NCBI GenBank assembly: GCA_041747555.1 | Contig: JBGTEY010000013.1 | Span: 208,814 to 272,813, forward strand | DNA: 64,000 nucleotides | Direction of reading: 5' to 3' | Origin: Patescibacteria group bacterium | GTDB taxonomy: Bacteria > Patescibacteriota > Microgenomatia > UBA1400 > PJMF01 | Shown here: positions 57,766-64,000 of the stretch, one piece after another | Position numbering within the stretch: position 1 is the first letter of the stretch | Layout: every line of letters starts with the position of its first letter | Program-made: the position numbers and the translations under genes | The notes under the pieces: generated by a model | Databases searched by the model: none | What the model was told of the DNA's origin: nothing | What the model saw: the letters and a program-made list of their open reading frames with translations, nothing else

Positions 57766-59005
57766 TTTTATAGAGAGCATCATCTCCAGGGCGGGGCGTG
57801 GCTCGGCCGTCTCTGTTACTAGTCGTTATGTATATTGCTCCATCTGGTCCCTGCATGACTTCACGAACCCTTCCCACATCAACTTGGGGTATTTTTTCTG
57901 ACAAAAGTACTTGCGATGGATCTGATTCGTCAAAAATCGCCCGATACACACCTTCGCCCTTAAGTCCCGCAAAAAAGAAGTTGTTGGTAAGCTGCGGTGC
58001 TCCAGTTCCATCGTGGAACATTGCAGAACCAGGGGCAACAGCGGGTGTGAAAACTAATAAGGGATCAACAAATTCTGGGTCAGTTTCTTGATGCGACACC
58101 CTCGGCCATCCATAATTTTCACCTGCCGCAATTAGATTAACTTCATCCCCACCCGGTGGACCGTCAAAATTACTTGGGCCATGCTCGGTGCTGTATAATC
58201 GGCCAGTTACTGGGTGCCAAGCAATGCCTTGAGGATTTCGGTGACCTAGTGAAAAGATAGGAGAATTTGGAAAGGGATTGTCATCAGGCACACTTCCATC
58301 AGCATTGATTCTTAGTATCTTTCCGCCCAGTGAATCCCTATCCTGTGCAATAGTTCTATCAGTGGCGTCACCCGTTGTGATATAGAGCATGCCGTCAGGC
58401 CCAAAACCAAGTTCACAACCCGCGTGAAACCTCGCAGCAGGAATATCGTCGATAATTGTTTGATCTCTTTCTAGTCGATCCCCTTGATCGGTGAGGCGAA
58501 TAACAGCATCAACAAGTCCATCATCTTTTGGATATGCAAAACACACATACACATACTTATTTTCTTCGTAATTTGGATCAAGTGTCATACCCATCAAACC
58601 TTCTTCTGCGACTGATGACACCTCATCAAATCTGATGAGTGGTTGTTCTTGAAGTGCGCCATCTTGAACAACGCGCACTGCACCTTCGCGCTCAGTGATG
58701 AGTATTCGATTTGGATCAGTAAATACGACACTCCAGGGCACCGATAGTCCTTGAACGATTGACTCGACTTGTATAGATAGATCTTCTGCTGGAACGATCT
58801 TGATAGCATCACCAGTTGCAGGTTCATTGCCTTGCGACCCATTTTGAACCATATCAGACCGCACAAAACCCATTTGACCAGTGGTGTCTGACTGCAAATA
58901 TTTCAGCCATGAATGAAGAACATCCTGATTGAGATACGCAAATACTACAGTGCCAAGCGAACCAATTCCAAGAACAATCAAAACTATTTTGGCAATTTTA
59001 TTCAT
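57752..59005 (-). CDS. PQQ-dependent sugar dehydrogenase-like (soluble glucose/sorbosone dehydrogenase beta-propeller) protein, membrane-anchored
   Basis: GLSVPWSVVFTDPNRILITEREGAVRVV..EEGLMGMTLDP..LYITTGDATDRTIAQDRDSLGGKILRINADGSVPDDNPF..SLGHRNPQGIAWHP are the conserved blades/motifs of the SGDH family. N-terminal TM helix. Confidence 0.7.
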   Translation of the reverse strand: MNKIAKIVLIVLGIGSLGTVVFAYLNQDVLHSWLKYLQSDTTGQMGFVRSDMVQNGSQGNEPATGDAIKIVPAEDLSIQVESIVQGLSVPWSVVFTDPNRILITEREGAVRVVQDGALQEQPLIRFDEVSSVAEEGLMGMTLDPNYEENKYVYVCFAYPKDDGLVDAVIRLTDQGDRLERDQTIIDDIPAARFHAGCELGFGPDGMLYITTGDATDRTIAQDRDSLGGKILRINADGSVPDDNPFPNSPIFSLGHRNPQGIAWHPVTGRLYSTEHGPSNFDGPPGGDEVNLIAAGENYGWPRVSHQETDPEFVDPLLVFTPAVAPGSAMFHDGTGAPQLTNNFFFAGLKGEGVYRAIFDESDPSQVLLSEKIPQVDVGRVREVMQGPDGAIYITTSNRDGRATPRPGDDALYKITVQ

Positions 59006-59096
59006 AATTTATTATCACTATATCAAGTATCAGTATACATACTATCTACTGTATGCGCAAAACCTTACAAACAACTAACAATCGCCCTCCAAAAAC

Positions 59097-59846
59097 TTGT
59101 ATACTGAGTATATGCAGAACGATCAATGTTTATTTAGTCCCTGGGAGTGTCAATCGACGCTTACTGTTTTTATCGAGAGATATTGGGTTTCATTAGCGCT
59201 CCTCATCTTTTTTTCACTTTTAGCATCACTTCTACTGCTTACGATAATCAACGCCAGCACGCTGATTGGACAAAAAAAGACTGTGAAGAAAAAACCGCTA
59301 TTTCGCGCCAAACCGGTCGCAAGTCAAATCGCCATCGGCCTGACCAGCTTTCTTTTTTTCATGCTCAGCCCCTTAGTGGTTGTTCAAACTCATTATGGCG
59401 GATTTGGCATCCAACTTACCGATCCGTTTTTGCACTGCGTTATACTTGATGCGCCAAATGAATGCTATGTCGAGGCCGCCAAAAGCGCGGTCGCAGGGAA
59501 TACCGCAGCCGACATATCATTTCGAAACGCCCACAGTATTTGTACAATTACTCTCTCTCCAGAAAAATGCAAAGTCTCTGTTTGCCAATCCATATCATCA
59601 GGGGGCGCTACAACCACCGACGCTGCCAAAGCGCTTCAAGAAAGCTGCCTCAATACCATCAGTCCAACCTGTCCAGACGGAAATATCCTGGACTCCATAC
59701 CGTGCAGTTGCTATTTACCAGAAGAAGAGCGGGTCGCAGTCTACACCACCTCATGGCACGATGAATACTGGAATAAGTACAGAAAAATGGATCAACCGCC
59801 GTATTGCTGTGATGGCATCAGAAGCAGTTTCGTGTGTGGAAACTAA
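59097..59846 (+). CDS. hypothetical Cys-rich membrane-anchored protein
   Basis: TM helix LALLIFFSLLASLLLLTIIN. 17 cysteines in the extracytoplasmic part. True start uncertain. Confidence 0.3.
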   Translation: MYTEYMQNDQCLFSPWECQSTLTVFIERYWVSLALLIFFSLLASLLLLTIINASTLIGQKKTVKKKPLFRAKPVASQIAIGLTSFLFFMLSPLVVVQTHYGGFGIQLTDPFLHCVILDAPNECYVEAAKSAVAGNTAADISFRNAHSICTITLSPEKCKVSVCQSISSGGATTTDAAKALQESCLNTISPTCPDGNILDSIPCSCYLPEEERVAVYTTSWHDEYWNKYRKMDQPPYCCDGIRSSFVCGN

Positions 59847-60367
59847 AAATTACCAGGCAAAACAGTCAGTACTTTGACTGATATGTCCCTACTGCCAACC
59901 CGATAGCTCACCGTCTCACCAGCCTTTTTCCCCAAAACTGATTTTCCAAGTGGACTGACTACAGATATCATGTCCTGTCGCGTTGCTGAATCTTCTGGCC
60001 CCAAAATAGTATACGTCTCTGGATCATCTTCTCCATCAAAGAGTACCTCAATGGTATTTCCAATTCCAACTTGTGCTGTTTCTTGCCTTGGTTCAATTAT
60101 TTCTGCGGCACTCAACACCTCTCGAATTCGCTCAACTTGGGTTTGAAGCACTCCAGAAGCTCTAACCGCTTCGTCATAAGCAGCATTGTCATGCCAGTCA
60201 GATGCCGATCCTGCTTCACCTTGTGATATCATGGTTTCGCTTAATTTGCTCAGTAGCTGATCAAGCTCTTCTTGCAATCGCTCATAAGTACTATTGGACA
60301 TTGGAATAGTTTTTTTCTCTGTAGCTATGCGTTCGCCTACAACAGTGTTTTCAAGTGATAAAATCAT
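59843..60367 (-). CDS. GreA/GreB-family transcription elongation factor (second paralog)
   Basis: N-terminal coiled-coil (YERLQEELDQLLSKL..DWHDNAAYDEA) and C-terminal FKBP-like domain (ISVVSPLGKSVLGKKAGETVSY). 174 aa. Confidence 0.7.
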   Translation of the reverse strand: MILSLENTVVGERIATEKKTIPMSNSTYERLQEELDQLLSKLSETMISQGEAGSASDWHDNAAYDEAVRASGVLQTQVERIREVLSAAEIIEPRQETAQVGIGNTIEVLFDGEDDPETYTILGPEDSATRQDMISVVSPLGKSVLGKKAGETVSYRVGSRDISVKVLTVLPGNF

Positions 60368-60509
60368 ACGTTGTTAAAAAATATTTAATACTGGCTAGTA
60401 GTATAACTGAAAAATTCAATTACTGAAAATCAAGATACCTGACTCTAAAAAGTGATAGGCATTTCACTGCATTGAGATTTATATGCTATTTCTCCAAAAA
60501 GTATAATTC

Positions 60510-60710
60510 TTATTTATTCGGCATAATTAAGGCGATAGCAATATACGCTATAACACCTGGAAAAAATCCTGAGAACACTGTCAAAACCACATATCCAACT
60601 CGCAATAACGTTGGATCAATTTCAAAATACTCACCAAGTCCACCGATTGCACCCGTGAGACTGCGATTTGTTATGGATTTATAGAGGGTTTTAGATTTTT
60701 TTTCTTTCAT
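60510..60710 (-). CDS. PspC-domain membrane protein
   Basis: LYKSITNRSLTGAIGGLGEYFEIDPTLLRVGYVVLTVFSGFFPGVIAYIAIALIM is the PspC domain pattern. Start taken at MKEKKSK. Confidence 0.6.
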   Translation of the reverse strand: MKEKKSKTLYKSITNRSLTGAIGGLGEYFEIDPTLLRVGYVVLTVFSGFFPGVIAYIAIALIMPNK

Positions 60711-60817
60711 AAGGTAAGTATAGCAAATTACCTCAATTTTTACAGATGAGTCAACTAAAAATAAAATAGTTAATCTGTGTCCGCTCAAAAAAAATGATTT
60801 GATATACTGGAGCTAGT

Positions 60818-61588
60818 ATGACCGACCGAAAATCAATCATCATCCAGGCCGCTCGCAAAGCAGGTGAAGCAGTAAAAAACTCCATTCCCACGGCTGGCGT
60901 GATCCAAAAAGAAGGCAGAGCAAACATCGTCACCGCCGCAGACTTGGCAAGTGAAAAAATAATCATGGATCTTTTGCAATCAAATTTTCCCGATGAACCA
61001 ATTCTTTCTGAAGAGACTGAATACGATCTAGGTGATGTACTTGCCTTGGAAAAATTATGGGTAATTGATCCAATCGATGGAACAAATAATTTTCGTTATC
61101 AACGTAATTATTCCTGTGTTTCAATTGGCTATCTAGAACTAGGCATCCCAAAAATGGGGGCAGTATACGATCCTCTTCATGACGAACTTTTTTTTGCAGA
61201 AAAAGGAAATGGCGCATTCGTTAATGAGCAAAAGATATCAGTAAGCACAGAACAAACTTTAAGCGCTGCAACGGTTGCCACAGATAATTCATACAACCCT
61301 GCCGGCACACGTCGCAATCTGGAAACACTCCTCAACATTAACCCATCGCCCTGGACACTTATGAAGGGCAGTGCTGTGCTCACCATGTGCGAAATCGCTG
61401 CTGGTAGGATTGACCTGTATTTTCATACTGCACTCAAACCTTGGGATAAAGCCGCTGCATTTTTAATTATTGAAGAAGCTGGGGGTATTATCGCGACATA
61501 CGATGGTAGTGCTGTCACAATTTTATCAACAGATCTAGTAATGGGGAATGAAATACTCGTCAAGGAATTCTTGCAACAACTTTCATGA
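60818..61588 (+). CDS. inositol monophosphatase family protein (SuhB/IMPase-like)
   Basis: LWVIDPIDGTNNF and the WDKAAAFLIIEEAGG motifs. 256 aa. Confidence 0.8.
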   Translation: MTDRKSIIIQAARKAGEAVKNSIPTAGVIQKEGRANIVTAADLASEKIIMDLLQSNFPDEPILSEETEYDLGDVLALEKLWVIDPIDGTNNFRYQRNYSCVSIGYLELGIPKMGAVYDPLHDELFFAEKGNGAFVNEQKISVSTEQTLSAATVATDNSYNPAGTRRNLETLLNINPSPWTLMKGSAVLTMCEIAAGRIDLYFHTALKPWDKAAAFLIIEEAGGIIATYDGSAVTILSTDLVMGNEILVKEFLQQLS

Positions 61589-62526
61589 CCAAAGGTATCC
61601 ACCACATCACCGCCATCGCCTCAAACGCACAAAAAACGGTTGATTTTTACACAAAAATTCTCGGACTCAGACTCGTCAAAAAATCGGTAAATCAAGATGA
61701 CACACAAACGTATCATTTATTTTTTGGTGATAGGTTAGGAGATCCGGGCATGGATTTGACTTTTTTTATCTTTTTGCCAGCAATGCAAGGTGTGCAAGGA
61801 AGTGGAATGGTATCTAAAATTTCGCTTGCTGCACCAGAGGATTCTCTAGAATTTTGGCAAAAAAGATTTGAAGAACATGGCATTGAGCATCATGCACCAG
61901 TCACACAATTTGGGCATGACCGGATTATTTTTTTTGACGCTGACAGCCAACAACTGGAGCTGGTAGGCGCCAACAAAGATTCCTTGGAGGACACTGGGGA
62001 AGTCTGGACCACTAAAGATATTTCAGATCGTGAGGCAATTCGGCAATTTCATTCTGCGACACTCACCGTGGCAAATTTGGCAAGTGTCGCTCCAGTGTTG
62101 ACAGAGGTGTTTGGGTATGAACACTTAGATCAAGACAAAAACCGACATTTGTTTCGAACATTTTCAAAACGCGCATCCATACTCGAGGTGAATGAAGACC
62201 CGTCATTACAACCAGGAATTGGTGCAGCGGGCACAGTGCATCATATTGCGTTTCGAGCTCGAGATGAGAAACATCAACTAGAGCTCCGAGAAAAAGTGAT
62301 TGAGATTGGACTCTATCCTACAGAGGTTATAAACCGTTATTACTTCAAATCAGTCTATTTTCGAACGCCGGCAGGTATTTTATTTGAAATTGCCACCGAT
62401 GGGCCAGGATTCACGACTGATCAAAAAGAGTCACAGCTTGGAACGGTGTTATCACTTCCACCATTTTTGGAGTCAGAACGCGACAGCATTGAAGCAAACT
62501 TAGAGCCCATTTCATATGAAGTTTGA
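61585..62526 (+). CDS. two-domain VOC family protein (glyoxalase / ring-cleaving dioxygenase-like)
   Basis: IHHITAIASNAQKTVDFYTKILGLRLVKK N-terminal VOC module, repeated in the second half (VHHIAFRARDEKHQLELREKV). Confidence 0.65.
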   Translation: MTKGIHHITAIASNAQKTVDFYTKILGLRLVKKSVNQDDTQTYHLFFGDRLGDPGMDLTFFIFLPAMQGVQGSGMVSKISLAAPEDSLEFWQKRFEEHGIEHHAPVTQFGHDRIIFFDADSQQLELVGANKDSLEDTGEVWTTKDISDREAIRQFHSATLTVANLASVAPVLTEVFGYEHLDQDKNRHLFRTFSKRASILEVNEDPSLQPGIGAAGTVHHIAFRARDEKHQLELREKVIEIGLYPTEVINRYYFKSVYFRTPAGILFEIATDGPGFTTDQKESQLGTVLSLPPFLESERDSIEANLEPISYEV

Positions 62527-63112
62527 TCATACATTTATTGACAATCAGGCCGCTAAAACGCTGGTGCTATTGCATGGCACAGGTGGAGGACTGTCTGATT
62601 TTTTATTTCTTAATGATCACGTTCAGGACTCGTACAACCTTTTGGCGCTCAAAGGGAATATTTCTGAAGATGGCATGGCGCGGTTTTTTAGAAGACTGTC
62701 CCCAGGGGTTTTTGATCAAGAAAATATTAAAGCAGAGGCTAAGAAACTGCAGGAATTCATTTCAGAATGGTGCAAAATTCATAAAACTGAGGTGACCGAT
62801 CTGGTTTTTCTTGGATACTCAAACGGCGCTAACATGATCTTGGCAACGCTGTTTTATTTTCCAGAAAAAATTCGCACAGCCGTGTTATTACACCCGATGG
62901 TGCCGTTTGTTCCAGAAAATATATCACTTGCGGAACAAGAACTTTTTCTCACCTTTGGTGACAGGGATCCAATGGTATCTGATCAAGAGAAGAAAAAGCT
63001 ACTTGAAATCTTAGAAAAAGTTGGCGCATCCCCAATCGTGCAAAATTATCCCGGCGGTCACCAAATTTCAAGCCAAGAACTGCAAGATGTTCTTAATTTT
63101 CTGATGAAATAA
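62516..63112 (+). CDS. alpha/beta-hydrolase, phospholipase/carboxylesterase family
   Basis: LVLLHGTGGG (oxyanion region), nucleophile elbow GYSNG, C-terminal GGHQI. 198 aa. Confidence 0.7.
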   Translation: MKFDHTFIDNQAAKTLVLLHGTGGGLSDFLFLNDHVQDSYNLLALKGNISEDGMARFFRRLSPGVFDQENIKAEAKKLQEFISEWCKIHKTEVTDLVFLGYSNGANMILATLFYFPEKIRTAVLLHPMVPFVPENISLAEQELFLTFGDRDPMVSDQEKKKLLEILEKVGASPIVQNYPGGHQISSQELQDVLNFLMK

Positions 63113-63524
63113 TCGTCAATGGATCAGTATTGTAATCCGTGTACCTCCACCAAGTCGGAGAAAATGCTAGAAATAGTGTCTCTGGATCATCCTTGTATTT
63201 TTCGGAATTGGGGTGTTTTGAATAATGGATGGCGTGAGCTTTTTTAAGCACGGCATCGTCTGAAACTGCGGTCACTTCACCGTCCATTTGCAGTGTTACC
63301 CATTCTTCCTCACTAAAGCCAATGACAACCGAACCCATAACTGATTCGCCGTTGAGTATACCTTGGCATTTTCTGCTGGATTTTTCTGTTGAGAAATAGA
63401 GCGTGAGCGGATCTTCTGTGTGGGAGTAGTGGAGTGCTGCGGCGTGTGGCGTACCATCGGGGAGGAGGGTGGTGAGTGAGCAGACGCGGTGGGTGGTGAG
63501 GAATTGGGCTAGTTTTTCTTTCAT
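63093..63524 (-). CDS. pyridoxamine 5'-phosphate oxidase-like FMN-binding split-barrel protein
   Basis: FLTTHRVCSLTTLLPDGTPHAAALHY matches the PNPOx-like N-terminal pattern. 143 aa. Confidence 0.6.
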   Translation of the reverse strand: MKEKLAQFLTTHRVCSLTTLLPDGTPHAAALHYSHTEDPLTLYFSTEKSSRKCQGILNGESVMGSVVIGFSEEEWVTLQMDGEVTAVSDDAVLKKAHAIHYSKHPNSEKYKDDPETLFLAFSPTWWRYTDYNTDPLTIISSEN

Positions 63525-63585
63525 AGGTCCTGATGCAGACTGTTAGTTACCATATTAAGCGGAGCGTTTGTTAGTGTAATTTATC

Positions 63586-64000
63586 GCAGCTCAGCAAACA
63601 AATCAACCATATACCCATCAGGATCACACACCACCGCATACCGCTGTCCCCAAAATGCATCCCAAGGTTTTTTGGTCACGGTAAATCCTGCGTCTGCGAT
63701 TTTTTGTGCTACGGCGTCAATTTTCATACTATTGTATCCTTGAGTTTCTTAAATATTGCTCCCTGTAGACAAGTATATCAATATTATCAAAGGTGGCTTG
63801 ATTAAGATTCCACTCAAACATTTTTACAAGGTCATTGTTTCGCTCCTCAGTATTCAAGACATGGGAATGCACTTCGAAACCAGCTTCGTGAAGTGCATAA
63901 ACAAGATTACCCTGACCAAAGAGCTTTAATATGTTGAGTGAAACATGAAGCCTGTCAGCATTAGATAATTTTCCCCAGCCGATTAGTTTTTGCGCTACCA
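63586..64000 (-). pseudogene. VOC/glyoxalase-family gene apparently split by a frameshift; runs off the window end
   Basis: The minus-strand frame from the window edge reads ..AQKLIGWGKLSNADRLHVSLNILKLFGQGNLVYALHEAGFEVHSHV..NIDILVYREQYLRNSRIQ* (N-terminal VOC-like). A different frame then starts immediately with MKIDAVAQKIADAGFTVTKKPWDAFWGQRYAVVCDPDGYMVDLFAEL (63729-63586), a typical VOC C-terminus. The stop of the first piece overlaps the ATG of the second. Confidence 0.4.

Overview
This is an AT-rich (roughly 40% GC by eye, not computed), gene-dense bacterial segment made up almost entirely of compact housekeeping genes. Standard genetic code is in use: TGA ends at least 10 confident genes, so a UGA-recoding lineage is ruled out. 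The gene content includes split transketolase, mutM, a complete atpBEFHAGDC operon, greA, lysS, serS, secA, prs, an INS-less proS, rpsU, pyk, eno, efp-epmA, rarA, recQ and 8 tRNA genes. Together with several archaeal- or eukaryote-type enzymes, this fits a small-genome Patescibacteria/CPR-like organism, possibly Saccharibacteria-like; that placement is an inference, not something shown here. All identifications are by eye from the supplied translations and no searches were run.

The items most worth a second look are: (1) a divergent pair of an Elp3-like radical-SAM/GNAT protein and a Trm9-like methyltransferase (48800-51402), which resembles a eukaryote/archaea-style wobble-uridine (mcm5U-type) tRNA modification module; (2) lysS fused to a YqeK-like HD hydrolase domain, a possible self-contained Ap4A synthesis/hydrolysis unit; (3) an archaeal-type PPAT fused to a DUF359 (archaeal dephospho-CoA kinase-like) domain; (4) a PilM-like / acidic linker / TM / LytR_C fusion protein directly upstream of the atp operon; (5) a sigma-70-like protein with perfect region 4.2 but a degenerate region 2; (6) a T-box-like leader with an intrinsic terminator upstream of serS; (7) a tRNA-flanked AT-rich islet carrying an HNH endonuclease remnant and a histidine-phosphatase gene with an in-frame TGA; (8) an ATP synthase delta subunit reduced to its C-terminal ~75 residues; (9) a recurring CACGTGGAA motif, including a perfect TTCCACGTGGAA palindrome, at the serS leader and the tRNA-Pro promoter; (10) several genes whose ATG sits 6-8 nt after a strong -10 box, suggesting leaderless mRNAs.

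No CRISPR array, rRNA, intact transposase or obvious defence island was seen. Coordinates I derived by hand (tRNAs, promoters, hairpins) may be off by 1-2 nt.
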